Program-made: the position numbers and the translations under genes
The notes under the pieces: generated by a model
What the model saw: the letters and a program-made list of their open reading frames with translations, nothing else
Databases searched by the model: none
What the model was told of the DNA's origin: nothing
Part shown: positions 36,983 through 51,900 of the stretch, in pieces
Layout of the letters: each line of letters begins with the position of its first letter
Numbering within the stretch: the stretch's first letter is position 1
NCBI GenBank assembly: GCA_973851085.1
Contig: OZ316775.1
Span: forward strand, 1,116,001 to 1,180,000
Source of the DNA: Ptychomitrium polyphyllum
Lineage: Eukaryota
Direction of reading: 5' to 3'
DNA: 64,000 nt

Positions 36983-38783
36983 CCATAGCCAATACCTCCA
37001 GGCTTTAGTTTCTAATCCATATGTATATATTTAAATTCCCGCACGTGATGAGTTTGTACAATTGAAGACAGCAGAGGAACTACCCGCATATGTAAGGAAT
37101 AACCGGTTTCCACTGATATGTTACAACCGTTGATATTATCAGTTTCATTAAAGCATGTGGACTTGAAGATATGAGGACGAGGAATGCAAAACCTGGATGA
37201 CCTAGTTTGGAACTATAACACCTAAGTTGCCATTGTGAACCAACCACACATTTGTGATCTGAATTCAAGAATGGCAACATAACCTCCTTGTCTTCTGCCT
37301 CGCACATGCAAGGACTGTTTCCTTCCATACAAGGAGGTGTGTTTTGTATTTCCGCCATGCATAACTAATGTAGATATTGCTTTCAAAGTCTGAGAAGTAG
37401 ATGCAGCTTGTGTGGTATGTTCGAAGTCGGACTGCTTAGGTTTGTGTTGTTCGTAAAGTGCAGATGTGCAAGCGTTGGTGACGATTTCTGTTCCGATTCC
37501 AAGGGTTAGTGGGGGTTGTGTGTCAGGAAGCGATTAGAGGATGGCCCTGGAGGTGAACGTTGCAATCGTGGGAGGTGGAATGGGAGGCTTGGTGCTGGCG
37601 GTGGGCTTACAAGAGCGAGGCGTTCAAGCGCATGTATTCGAGAGATCACCCAAGAAACGAAAGCAATTCGGGACTGGGACAAGCATTGAACATAATAGAA
37701 TGTTAGGTCGTCTCCAGAATGAATTGCTTATTTTCTCATTTCAGAATGGGTGAACCTTTTTCCCTTTTTCACTTTGGTTTTCCTCTCTCATCTCTTTTCC
37801 TGTTATGATTGAGTGCAGCTGCGTATGAATTGTACCTTGGCCCTCGGTAGCTTTCTGTTTGAACTCGTAGGTTAGTGTGGACCACTTTTGCTGCAACTGA
37901 GCAGCATGCTGTATTATAGGACATAAAAATTCCTGTCAACATCAGAATAAAACTTAGGTGTGCACATTGTACTCTAAATAGCAGGGTAAAATGTGTCTAG
38001 TGTAGAGTATAATATGTTTGTGTGGCGATTGCGACGACATTTAAAGGTAAATTATATTCCTCTTTTTTTTTTTTGTGGATGTGACAGGTTCAATAATGTA
38101 TTTGATTGGCATTTCTTCTGACAAATTCGAAGTGGTATGCATACCACAATGCACAAAGTTGCAAGGTTTTGCAGCTGGGCTGACAAGCCATCCTACATTC
38201 CTGAGTGTGTGCAGAAGTTGTTGCTAAAGAAAAAGGCCCAAAGAACTAAGGAATTTTATCAGTAGATTTACAGATATCTGGCAGACATGAATGGAGATCC
38301 AGATTCATTTTGGGAACCTGAAAAAGAATCCATGACATAGAAACACAAGGAAAGCTCAGTGTTAGCGAATTCAAATCCAGGAATTATGTCAACAATAATA
38401 TCATAGATTTGGATAAACGTTGATCATGTTTTATTACTCCCAATTGTGTACACGTTGTCTGTAGTTGTTACTATTAAGTTAAACACATTGCGTTAGCCCT
38501 TTGACCTCGGCTTTATTTTTAGCTTATTCCCTTCCACTCAGGAGAACAAAATCCTACATAATTATGATTTTGTTATTGAAATCTTTCAATGAATTTAGAA
38601 TTAAGTTTCCCAACATAGAATTTCGGAACTTATTTTGCCGAAAACCAAAGGTGGCCTCTTACCAATGATTTAACAATGTTGTTTTTATGTACAGTACATA
38701 CTAAAAATTATAAATTCAGACTATGCTGGAAGGACTAAAGAGTGTACACGATACGATTGATTCTCTGGAGGTATTGGCTATGG
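36983..38783. repeat. Perfect 19-bp inverted repeat pair (36983-37001 / 38765-38783) 1.8 kb apart
   Basis: ccatagccaatacctccag is the exact reverse complement of ctggaggtattggctatgg. Confidence 0.85.
37541..38340 (+). pseudogene. FAD-dependent monooxygenase (FAD_binding_3-like) remnant: first exon plus a probable degenerate terminal exon (~38088-38340)
   Basis: MALEVNVAIVGGGMGGLVLAVGLQERGVQAHVFER...GTG is a clear Rossmann GxGxxG N-terminus. After gtgacag| the sequence reads KFEVVCIPQCTKLQ and, in another frame, KEFYQ*IYRY, reminiscent of a monooxygenase C-terminus. No central exons or GD motif were found. Confidence 0.7.
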
Positions 38784-40292
38784 AATCTCGCTCGCTGCAC
38801 ATCTACATTGACACAGGGAAGTAGGAGCTTGAGTCAGGGGGTATGTGTCAGTAGACATATGATAGCTTGAATGGGGTCAAGTCCTATTGAATCCCTCTAG
38901 CTTAGCTTTCTTGCCGTGAGGCGAAGCACATGAGGACGCTGAGCAGATTTTTCCCAGTGCAATAGTCTTCGTCTACAGCGTTACTAATACTTGCCCAATT
39001 TGTATTCTACGTGGCACTGTGCACGCACTGTATGAGTCACTTACTGCTGGAAGGACAAGTCGGATTCTGTAGTCAGGTATTGTTGTATCTTGATTTATGT
39101 TAGTGCGTTAAACGGCACTCATACCATACGCACTGAAACCAGTGTCTTGAAATGGCGTAATAAGTTCAGCTTTCAACATGCTTTAACTTTATCTCCATTT
39201 TATGCTCTGTTTTGCTCGCTGGACTTCAGGCTCAATGGTATTGTACTGCTATCTGAAGAACATTCTTCTGGCTACTAGCACCGTTGTAATTTTCTGGCAT
39301 GAGATTCTGGGAATGTCACTAGCTATTCCCCAGGGCGGCATCATTTTGTTCCAAGCGTAGTTGTAACTGTTGGATAAGAATGAGGACACCAAGGACAATC
39401 AAGTAACGATACACCCAACGGTCAAGTTGCCAATTGACTGCACCAGTGTTGCAGCAGGTTTTCAGCCTGCAGGTCCCTTAGCAGCCATTTCATTCGCCAA
39501 GTTTTAAGACTTTTCCAAACAATATCAGACAGCCCCTTCGCAACTTGGCACTTGTTGCTCCGCTGAGACTCATCAGTCCTACAATATGCGTGAGAACGCA
39601 ACAAATGTTAAAGAGAAAAAGTTAACCGAATTTGATCCTGGAGGCGGTTGGGTGTGCACATTAACTACCACCTTGATGACACCCGCCTCGAGAGCGTTGA
39701 TGAGGAGATTAATGGCGACGATCTGGTTGACAAGCTACCTCCGGAATAGTACTGCAAGTGCCAGTTCTGTCATACAACCATGCAATCAGGTTATGGACAC
39801 GCACTCACTAGTTTATTGACCAACTTAACTCACTCACTGCATTCAAGATAAGTTAGCGGCTCAAGCTTCTTCCTCAAGACGTAGCAGCTAGTCTCTCCGG
39901 CTCCTCTTTCAGCTGCGGTCTTGATTCTTTCGTCTCCAATGCACTAGGTTCCAAGTAGCTTGCGTCAGTGCTGTTTTGTTTCAATCTACAGTATATTATA
40001 AGCGTGTCTCTGCTATCCCTTTGCCTGATCTGCTTGTCGCACATTGTCACACTGCTTGTCGAGCAGTGCCATCCCTGACACGCCATGACAAACCTCGGCG
40101 TGTAAGAATACGGTTTAGCCCTTGTGTTGTAGCTCATGTAGAGTGCAGTGTTGGCCACATGAGGATTGGCAGGTGTACTTTCATGCAGTGAACGACACAG
40201 CAGCTGGAGAGAGAGAGAGTGAGTGGACCGATCGATCCATCGATTACTGCCGTTATATTGTGCTCCTGGTGGCTTTGTTTCGACTGTAAACC

Positions 40293-41564
<1,272 letters not shown>

Positions 41565-42950
41565 CGAACTTCTGGACGTGGATGATTTTTTAGCAGTAGG
41601 TTCCATCAATTTTCTTGTTTGTTTGCCGTGTGCTCACCATGGAGAAGACCCGTCTACACGAAAGTGAAATATCGCAGTAACAACATGTAGTTGTCCGAGA
41701 ATGAGCATGTCGAAGTTTGTTTTTTCCTATTTACTTTCACAGATTTGTAGATACTATTTGTGGAGATTGAAAAGAAGAATTGTAGCGCAGACCGATCTTG
41801 TGAAAGCACATCTAGGATTTGAAGTCCGTCAGTATTGAAGAAAGGTAATCTAACCACCATAGGAATTTGATATGATGAATCAGAGCAAGTGTTGAATGTT
41901 CACTGAGAGTTCGCCATTGTGGTGTTGAAATCTTGCAATGGTTGGAGCAGTTCTGGCTATGGAGCTTGTTGAATCTGGACAGAGTATTGTGAGTGTGACG
42001 TGCTGTTTTCTTTGTGAGGGTTAGTAAAACCTAATTGGAAGATTTCACTGACTGTCACAAAACAATATTAACTATGTCTCCACTCTGAGCACATTCAGTA
42101 GCTGCGCTGGTGAAATAAGATCTGTTCGCATTGCAATAACAAGATCTGTTGGTCTGAAATCATGACCGTGTAAGATCGTCTCGACTGTGAATCCCATTCG
42201 TATCAATGCCAATGACTTTCGTACACAAGCAGTGCATATTGTACAACGCAACGTATTAATATTGTAAATCACTCGGCTTTGGGACTTGGATTGCGTGCAG
42301 AAGTTGGAACTAATGAAGTCAGTAATCATTACTTCTCCAGGTTCTCGGGTGCACAACCTGGTTTCTTAATTCCACTTAGACAGATTTCTGACATCTCAGT
42401 GAATGCTTGCCAGAGAGAACTACAGTACCCCCTTGAGTAAACATCAACAATGAGCTGCCAGGACAACCAAAGCAGCAAAAACAGCGTCACAACCAAGAAG
42501 TCGTTGCACTCGCTACCACGAATATTCAGGTAGGTTATCTAACTACATCTACAATGCAGCTTAACATAGATGACCAAATAAAAGTGTGTGCCCAGTGCAG
42601 CACGCAATGAGGTATTGTAGTACACATATAATGTTGTAGAACACATTCAGCAGAAGCTCACATCTGAACTCTAAACCCTATATCTCATAAATTCACAATT
42701 AGCGCAACCTGTACACGATTCATCGGCACGGTGTCTTCCCATCTGGTAAGTTCCGACATGGCTGATCGATTCTCATGTTGCAATACATCTGTGTAACCTA
42801 CGTTGACAGGAGATGCGTTGATGAAGTGATGTAATCAACGCCTCTCGGGATGTCCATCACCATACATTTGGTGAAGCCGTTGAGTGCATTGATCATTCTC
42901 TTCAGCATGCGTATCCACTACTGATCTTGCTTCTCCTAGTGATCCGTTTC

Positions 42951-43316
42951 TTAGTAAAACCATTGCCACTGTGTGGTCGCTCCGTCGTCCCAGTATTGCG
43001 GATTACGGTTGTTGGCAAGCTCTACTGTGTTCAGCCACTCGAGGAGTGATTTCTTTCTGGTCTCGAGAGCTCGCCGATACTCCTCAACATTCACCTCGGT
43101 CCACTCAAAATCATTATCGTTTAGCTTCTCGACTTCATCGTCGTTGAAATGTGACGTCTCCTCAAGATCATCATCGCTCGCCTCTTTCCTCTCCGCTCCT
43201 CTCTTACTTCGCCAAAAAGCTTCAATTGCATGTTCTGGTGGAGGAGCGGCGCTCTTCAAAGCCTGCGTCACACGAACACTAAGCGCCTTCTTCTTCGATC
43301 GGTTGTGAAACTTCAT
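42951..43316 (-). CDS. Small intronless hypothetical protein, 121 aa (basic N-terminus, acidic centre, Trp-rich C-terminus)
   Basis: ATG in good context (gccATGa) at 43316 and protein-like composition MKFHNRSKKK...IEAFWRSKR...EEYRRALE...WQWFY. No family confidently recognised. Confidence 0.5.
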   Translation of the reverse strand: MKFHNRSKKKALSVRVTQALKSAAPPPEHAIEAFWRSKRGAERKEASDDDLEETSHFNDDEVEKLNDNDFEWTEVNVEEYRRALETRKKSLLEWLNTVELANNRNPQYWDDGATTQWQWFY

Positions 43317-43667
43317 GGCGAATAATGATTCTATCCACAGAGCCCGACAATGAAACCGACAAGGACATAACCACGCACAACACAATTGAAGAAAGAATTT
43401 AGAGCGACCAAAAGTTACATGCAATCAACAACCACGCGAATCGTAAGCCTAAGGAAATACAACGCGTTGTACACTTACTGGGATCCTCGTGATTCTCGAG
43501 TTCTGTCCTCCCGACCTGTGCTGCGGGCTATGCTGCGGCTCCTTCACAATTCAGCTCATTGTGAATTATCCTCTCCATCGTCATACTGCGGAGACGCTTG
43601 CAACGACGTTAGCTCGAGCGTTATGTTGAGCTACAACGGCAAGACAATTGTTGAGTGGGTCAGAGCG

Positions 43668-43701
43668 TTGTGAGGATTGTGAGGATTGTGAGGATTGTGA
43701 G
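43668..43701 (+). repeat. 9-bp tandem repeat (ttgtgagga) x ~3.8
   Basis: Read directly from the sequence. Confidence 0.9.
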
Positions 43702-45660
43702 CGTTGATGGAAGAGACACGAGTTGAAGAGCAGCGAGGAGACAACTTGCGGTATGGGTGAGTGAGGAAATGGCGGGGGTGTTGCGCTTTCGGAAGGCAAA
43801 AGCTCCATTTCTATTTCAAATAAACATTTTCTGACATACAACTTGACGTTATCACATGCCAAACTCCACATAGAACCTACTATTCCGTAAGCATCGTTAA
43901 CATCTTATGCATAGGTTACGTCATCTGAAAATTGGAATTAAGTTATTCTAGGGCAATCTGACATACATTTAGAAAGTGGTGTAGTATCTGAAGAACAAGG
44001 ATCCAGAAGACCTAGACGTCGTAACGATGGCCCATGCAAATGAGGCAGTAGTGCAGCACAGTACTGTGGTGGATTAAACAACTTGAGGATCTTTTTCTTT
44101 ACAGTTGGCAGAGTCGTAGTAGAGGATGGCCCACTACATGTGCCGTGTTTACAAAGCATCTTATCACAAACCCACATATTTCTTCATTTCAGCACCAAAA
44201 GAAGAACACAAAGATCCGCGGCACTCTGAGCAAGTGTTGAATTGGGTGACAGAAGCGAGATTCTGTGTAGAGATTTTGAGATTGAGGTCTTTGGGAAGTT
44301 GCTATTATCAGAGCTTGGCAACAATTTGAAAGCTGCTGGATGTTGCAATGCGTGCGTTTGTGAACGAAATGCGAAAATGTGCGAAGTCTCTGTAAAGATT
44401 CATGAGGTGGGTACTGAATTCCCGTCCTGCTGGTCAGTATGCTTTTTGAGGTCCTTTCGACTCTTCGCAATCGTCACTGCCACACTGCGAGGAGGTGGAC
44501 TAGCTCGGAGATCTGGACTACAGCTTAGCAATCTTCTGGAACTGCAGCGACCCACTTAAAACTCTCACAACTCATCGCGCGAACAGCATGATCACAAGAA
44601 TGTGGAACTGTGATAATTGCAGAATTTCGACAAGTTCATGCTATCGATATGTACTATGAAACTTCCGTAGTAGATGATGTGGTGAAGGACACATTTCTAA
44701 GTCAAATCTGAACGATTCTACTGTGAGTCTTGTTTCGAAATGTGAAATCACAATGAATTCGAATTGCAGAAATTGAGAAGCTGCCGTTCAACAATCCTTT
44801 GGGGCTTTGCGTTCTAGCTGGACAACCTCTGTAACCTGGCCGTCATGTTTGTAAATTCGAAGAGGCCAATGATCATCTCGACGCTTCTTTTCAATCTAGG
44901 TGAAGCCTTGTACTATGTTGCTCTGTTTATACGGTTCAGAAATGTTACCGTGACTGCTGAACATTCTTAAAGTTGACAAGCGTCTTCACCTTAGCACGAA
45001 TCCCAAGTATTTTTTGGTTGTTGTTAGCGTGTGCAGTCAATGTGGTGTTATTTTTCAAACCGGTAGGCAAGTCTTAGTCTCTCATTTCCCATAACGTTCT
45101 TTAGCCAGATGACCTGCACCACTTCATTAGTGTACACAGTGTCCACATTTGGGTAAGCCCTCTAGCCAGAAGACCAGATACTCTCCTGGACACAATGTTT
45201 AGCAAAGTTTAGTATTTGGAGAAGAAGAGGAGTACTATTCTACTATTATTGATCATGGTGCAAGGTCATCCAGCTAAAGAACAATAAGTTCTATTTGGTA
45301 GATTTTGTTGCTGAAGTAGAATTTTTTTGAGAAAGGAGAAAGGAGATTGTAGTATGAGGGTGAATGCTCCTTGGATGAGGGAGTGTACTTGGTCTACAAA
45401 TGGAAGAGGGGAGGCCCTAGCAAACACGTAGCGGGTGTTGGATTGACACTGGAGCCTATGCTCACCCCTGAAGTACTCGCCCTCAGACACCATCGAGAGA
45501 AAGGGCGCTGATGCGAGATGATGGTCGTCATCGTCTTCACAGCTCCGCGTAAGGACCATTTAAAGTTGTAGAGACCTTTTGCAGTAGGTGACTATACTTG
45601 GAGGATCGAGTATTTGGCCACCCACTTCTGATGCAAGAGGTTTCGAGGTCGTAGTTGACT

Positions 45661-48600
45661 ATGGCGTCCGCGCATTTACTTCAACGTCCCCTACTCATTT
45701 CGCCTTGTTGGTGTTCTTCTCATCGTCGTCCAGTTGTTCTGCAATGCTCCTTAACGAGTGCGCTTGCAAGTGGTGTTTCTGGGAGGCCATTCCAATCGTC
45801 GATTCCCCAAATTCGTATTGCAGAGAACGTGAGAGTGAACCACCTGCCTCTTCAGGTACGCGTTTAGACGTTGTCTGCACATTCTTCGGTCTGTCTGTAA
45901 TTCTTGGGTACGTTTGTATAAAACCTGATGAAGCTGTTTGGGGGGTATAATAAAAGAGTGCGATTTCTGCATTTGGATAGCAATTTACAGATTCTTCGCT
46001 TCCTCGTTGCACGCATGTGTTGTGACCTAATTCTTTTCTAATTCGTATATCTGTTAGACCGTACAATTGTATGTTTGTTAAAAGAAAATGTACCACCATT
46101 TTTGTAGGGGGGATTGAAGGCAAGCCCTGACGATGATGCCCAACCGGGTATGCTGAACGCTGTCACTGAACCGGACACTGTCATTAAATGGATATTGAAT
46201 TTTGCATCTTCGAATTTTTTGCCTTTCGGTAAGATTCCTCTCTGGGATGGGCGTCCAAGGGGGCAACATGTGATTGCAGGTGTTTAAGAGGAGAGGATGC
46301 ATTAGCTCTATGCACTGGAGAGCGTTATCAGTGGTTTCTTGTTAGAGATACTTTAAATTTGCTCATAACAATGGGTTGGCGTGGAACGCGCAGTTTTACT
46401 CACGGGAGTCACAATCGGATTAATTTGCCCACGTCCTGGTCAGATCGCACAGCGATGGGGTGTTTCAAAATGGAGCACTTTTGGAATATTTCTCGTCTCT
46501 GGTGAGCCCAGCGCTCAACATGATTTCTATATCATTCTCTGGAGCTACAATCATCGGTTCTTCACACGATTGCTTCAGAGATTCTCACTCACTAACAATT
46601 TTGAAGAAGTTGCGGCATTACAGAATAAACCTGAGAATAGCTGCTATCTTTGCTGGGATTAATTGCTTTTGATGGGAAATCAGGATTGACTTTGAAAACT
46701 GGAGATATGCTCCAGGCAGCCAGTGCGTGGCCTGCTGCAGTGTTTGGCGTAGTAAGCAACTGACTCCACTTTGTCCTGCACATTGTCTTACGTTATTTGT
46801 GGCCCTAAATAGTTGACGAAAGTAAGGCACTATATCGACACATAACATCACTTGTCGGTTCTCTACTTGGATCTGGTTGCAGGTTTCAATTCTGTTCATC
46901 ACTCCCTTGGCTTCTATCCCAATCATGCGCCTACAGCTCACTCCTAAAGAGCTTGCCACAGGTAGTTTCTCAATAAGGTGTTCTTTCTTCCTGCTAAGTT
47001 CAGATCAATAGCGTTGGTGACAGCGGGCTGGAAATAAAGTAATAGGACAGCTAAATTCAGACAATTCAGGATGCTAATTAAATCTTAGAACTTAATTCTG
47101 CATTTTAATTCAATTCTTCGTACGCATTTTGAGACGGGCTTGTCACGGACAGTGCAGGGCTTGCAATTTTCTGCTGTGTACCTACGACCCTTTCTAGTGG
47201 TGTATCTCTAACTCAGGTATGATAAATTGCCCTGAAGCATCCTACGAGGACCTTTCGATAGCATCGTGTCCATTGGGAAGAATTTCGCTGAAGCCCCCCT
47301 GCTTGTAATGAATGACAGCTTGTCGGAGCAAACACTGCGTTGGCTTTAGCGCTTACTATAACAACAAATCTCATGGGAATATTCACTGTAAGTAACCTTG
47401 TGTCAATTGCACTGTCTGTAAATTATTTTCTTACGACTGGACAGGCCAAGTCGAATGTTTATATTGTAAGCTTCCACTCATATTAGATATAGGTTATTTT
47501 CAAGTGTTCAAAGTAACCAGTGCAGGTTTCGTAGAACCTGCGAAAACCTTGACTATATGTAAAGTTGGAGCTCTTTCGAATGCAGATGCCATTTATGCTC
47601 TCTTCATTGGTTGGTCAGAGCGTTGGAATTAAACTGCCACCAGGCCCTCTTTTAAGAGCATTGGTTGAGACATTACTTGTACCCCTTTTAATTGGAAAGG
47701 TAAGAGCTCCTTAAGTGAGACATGCATCAGTAAGTCCAAACTTAAATGACTTGTACTTGTATTAGCTGCAGTTTAGAAAGAAGCAAGATGACTAGCCTGG
47801 AACCCCCTTAGAATGAGGTTGTTATTCAAAAGATGTAAAACAGGTACAGTAAAACAAGGTAGGACTGGGAAGGAGCACAAAATATATTTATGGGTATGTT
47901 ATGATATATAGCTGAGGGGTTCTTCTCTACTTAGTTAGCTCAATACGAAGGCAGAGTAGAAAGGAAAACTCGTTTTCTGTATTCCTATGAATGTCTTTAT
48001 AACCATGCAACGTTGTCTTGAGCGAATGCTACCTTGACAACGAACCTGATTGCATTCTGTTTCGCGTTTTGTTGCAGTTGTTTCGGGAATTGTCTGGTAA
48101 GTGTATTCATCACATATGTGGCAGTCGTTACATGAGTCCGATCTCATTGTCTGTTGTAACTACGTCATTTCAAAATTTGCCTTAGTTCAGCCAATAACTT
48201 TCTTTGTTCTACTTTAGCACGTGAATTTAGATATTTCATTGCGTTGTAATGTTAGGTTTTGCGGGCTTCTTGGACAAAAATAAACGTTACACCTCAATGA
48301 TAAGCAGCTCCCTGCTTGCTCTGGTGCGTGATTTATTTACTGTCTGGGTGGTATTGTTACGAGGCACATGATACTGAAATGATCAACAACTACTATTAGT
48401 TGAAATCTTCTACTACCCAGCATGTATCACGCTTCATTCTGCTTGGAGTTCAACCTTTTTTGAAATTATATGAAGTGTCTTTAAAAGTAGTCAATTGCAG
48501 GTTCCGTGGATGCAAGCAAGTTGTTCGAGAGCGATGTTACTGAAGATCGACTTAGTCCAGTTACTTGCTGCTATTATTTGTGGCATGTAAGTATGCTTAT

Positions 48601-49352
48601 CACATGTCTTTATTGTGCCTTCTGAAACTTGGAAGTTGGAGACAATTTCATACTTAACCATCCGCAATAGTGATTACGACCATGGCTCTGCGGATTATTC
48701 ATCAACGAAATTTTGACATGGTGAAGTTTTTTGCGAATGCATTGCTTATGCATGTCATGAAATCTGATGTGGACACCTTGCAGAGGCCTGCACACAGTTT
48801 ATCTTGTGTGGAATAGTCTGGTAATGTGGTTCTTGCCAGCATACTGGGATAACAAGGGTGGTGACCAAATCGCAGCAGCACGAGCAGTGATTCTTGTGGC
48901 CAGCCAGGTGCAATTTCTCCTGCCTCCACATTAGCTAATGATCTTCAGAGTTTAAAAGTGGGGATTTGCTTAACGGCTTACTCCTGAATTCTGTCGTAAC
49001 ACCCAGTTTGGGCTTTAATGCAGAAAACATTGCCGGTCCTTGTAGCAGTGGTGGCAAACCTGAATGGCGTCCTTGGGGAAGCAGGCTTATTGGTGCTGCC
49101 CTGCATAGCCACGCATCTAAGCCAGGTCAGTAGTATTTGTCAGCTAACATTTGCAACCTTGCTAATGTTGTAAAAGGGTAGAGGTTAAATTTTAGGGTTG
49201 TTCTGTCTTCATTGTTGATCTCTCCGTGAGTATTTGTTTTTTCCCATTACGTGTTTTTTGATGAGTTATGCATGTTGCAGATCATCTATGATTCAATATT
49301 GGTCAGTTATTGGCTGGGTGGCGACGAATCTGCCAAATTGAAGACTGTATGA
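45661..49352 (+). CDS. BASS4: Plastid sodium/metabolite cotransporter BASS4-like (SBF-like), 427 aa, 14 exons: 45661-45855, 46108-46228, 46394-46501, 46684-46751, 46883-46961, 47158-47216, 47319-47387, 47586-47699, 48078-48096, 48256-48323, 48501-48586, 48784-48907, 49024-49125, 49281-49352
   Basis: All junctions are GT-AG and in phase (1284 nt). Motifs NFLPF, GIFLVSGLTL, FCCVPTTLSSGVSLT, VPWMQ, VASQKTLPV and LPCIATHLSQII; transit-peptide-like exon 1. Confidence 0.93.
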
Positions 49353-50049
49353 AACAACCGAAGAAACAGGCCAATGTCAGAACAGCAAACTTTACATTCT
49401 TCATCTTTTGAGTAACACGTCTATTTATGAAAAGAAAACACGGCAGCTCCTTTGTTTAGTTTCAAAGAGATCTCTCATCCTAATGAAGTATTTGTATTCC
49501 TATGAACAAGTGAAACAGCAGTTCTCCTGATTGATTCTTTGTTTTCTTTCAAGCCATTCTGCCGGGGGAGTTTGCATTTAATGGATGATTACTTTTTAAC
49601 CCCAAAAAATGAAAAATAAAATGAAAAACCTATTTTTATGGCCTGAACTTTGTGCACCATGACAGTTTGGCAGTGCCTTGCTGAAAAAAGTGTTCGACAT
49701 GTGTATTTTATTCCAAATATCCTTTTGAATGATAAGATTCCTTTTCTTTTTGTCAAAATCCAAAAATATTGTGTTGCTTTAGTGGATGATGCAATGACGA
49801 CGTTTTAGCCAACCATTTTCCAAACCACATAACAGTTACTACAGTGCCTCAGTTGTGTGCTTGCAATATGTTTGACGTCTGACAACATGTGCATCTGCAC
49901 CATTCAGCTGGGAAAATTCTCCCTTAAAATGAATTGAAGAGTTGTAACAAGAATAGGATAAGTCCATCTTCCAAGCATTAATTAATATGAAAGCCTTATA
50001 TACTCCAAACTTGCTCATGTATGTTGGGGTTTGCTTCCATGCATTCTGT

Positions 50050-51900
50050 CAGTATGCTTTTGTGTTGTTAAGAAAGTATTTGAAATGTTTTTGTTTTGCA
50101 AATAAAAGAAAAATACTTTAGTTCTATTTTAAAGTATATATATAGAAACCATGATACTGAAGAGTTTTCAAATTAGATTAAAACTTGCAATATTTTATAT
50201 TTGATACATCTTTCTTTTCCCGCTTGTATAGAAAAATTATGTGATAAGTTCACTTTAAGGTTTTTATAAAAGAGACCTTATAGTCTTGTCATCTATTTGC
50301 TTGTCTATTTGCATATATCAATTGGGACTTTATTTAGTACTTCAAATAAGAACTTCCTGCCATCACATTAAAGATGTAATGGCTACCTTACTTGTTTCAT
50401 CCTTAAATTTAACAAGCAACATCCTTCATCAAATTCATACATAAAAGAAACAGCATAGATGTAAACAAAGTAGGATGTAAAAGTTTAATTTACAATCTTG
50501 TTATAATAGACATGTAGTAAATGATGTAAATCAAATTTGGAATTATAGAGCTTCAAGGTTGGAAGATCATCATGTTTCAATATTAAAAACAAACTTAATT
50601 TGTGCCAAAACTAGCACAAAATAGTTGAAAATTCTTATGAATGTTTTTGTATGTAAAGAAGTAATTAAGAAATATTCTTTTCAAAATTATAGTAAAAGTC
50701 AAAAGTTTATAAATTATGAAAATAAAAGGTATTACATTTTTATAACAAAAAAATGTTAACTTATATATCATTAAAAACCATTGCAAGTTTAAAACTTGTT
50801 TTCACATTTTAAATGACAAAGTATAAGAATTGAACCTACAAAAGAGAGATTATATATAATGAGTTGTAAATTAATATTCTTATCATAAAATGTTTAAATA
50901 ATATAATATAAAATTTAGCCTATTTAAACAAGAATTAAACTCTACATATAAATTATGCAATACTATAATAATTCCTTGATTGTCAAAAATTCCACTAAGA
51001 ATGAAAGATGTGCCTTAAGCACCTTATCATTTTATAAACCTTATACAACTCATTGTCACATGAAGGACAATAAAATAGTGAATAAGTGATGCAAATCTAA
51101 GTTTAATTCTTTAAAAGTCAAAGGTTCAATCACCACAAGGACAAGAAAACATATCAATAGAAAAACCAAATTATGGTAGATAATATTCCTTGTCTTTTCT
51201 AAAATTTTGCATTGTACAATAAGATATCAAAAATATAACATTTGTTGTATTCATTCATTTCTATTATTAGGCCAATTAAGATAGAATAGTCTAAAACAAC
51301 AACCTTTTAAAATCACCAAAGATGGATTGTGATGGAAAATGGATGAATGAATGGATATTCTTAATAAATAACCTTATAAAAATAAGATTAATGCATGATT
51401 TTATTTGCGTAAGATCAAAGCAATTAGGCCATGGTCATTACTTACTGTTTGGATGGTTATCAAAGAAACAAATTGGTAATTAATAACCTTTTGCACAAAT
51501 ATCATTTGAAAATTCAAAATTAATTCAAATTTTCTTTTTAAAATGTTAATTTATTTGCAATGATTTTCAAAAGAAATTGTCAAAAAAAATTCTCAAATTC
51601 ATTACACATTTTTTATTTATCTTTTTGATTGGTTTGTTGTAATACCATAGGCAAAACAAGATTAAAATGGTATAAGTGTCCTATTATATTTAAAGTCAAG
51701 GGAGTAACCACAATGTGAATAAAGTAGCTCATAATCCATAACTTAACAAAACTTTCTTCTTGCATGAATAAAATGAATCTTACCCAACATCTTACAAAAA
51801 TCATTTAGTATAATTATGTCCAATATGTAATTAATCATATGGAACACTATATTTTTACTTCCATAGCTGGAAAAATAGAAACGGCATTACCAACATTCTG
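50050..51900. other. AT-rich, CpG-depleted block between the convergent BASS4 and RpoT 3' ends (probable decayed transposon); boundaries approximate
   Basis: Compositional shift, very few CG, no credible ORF. Confidence 0.45.
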
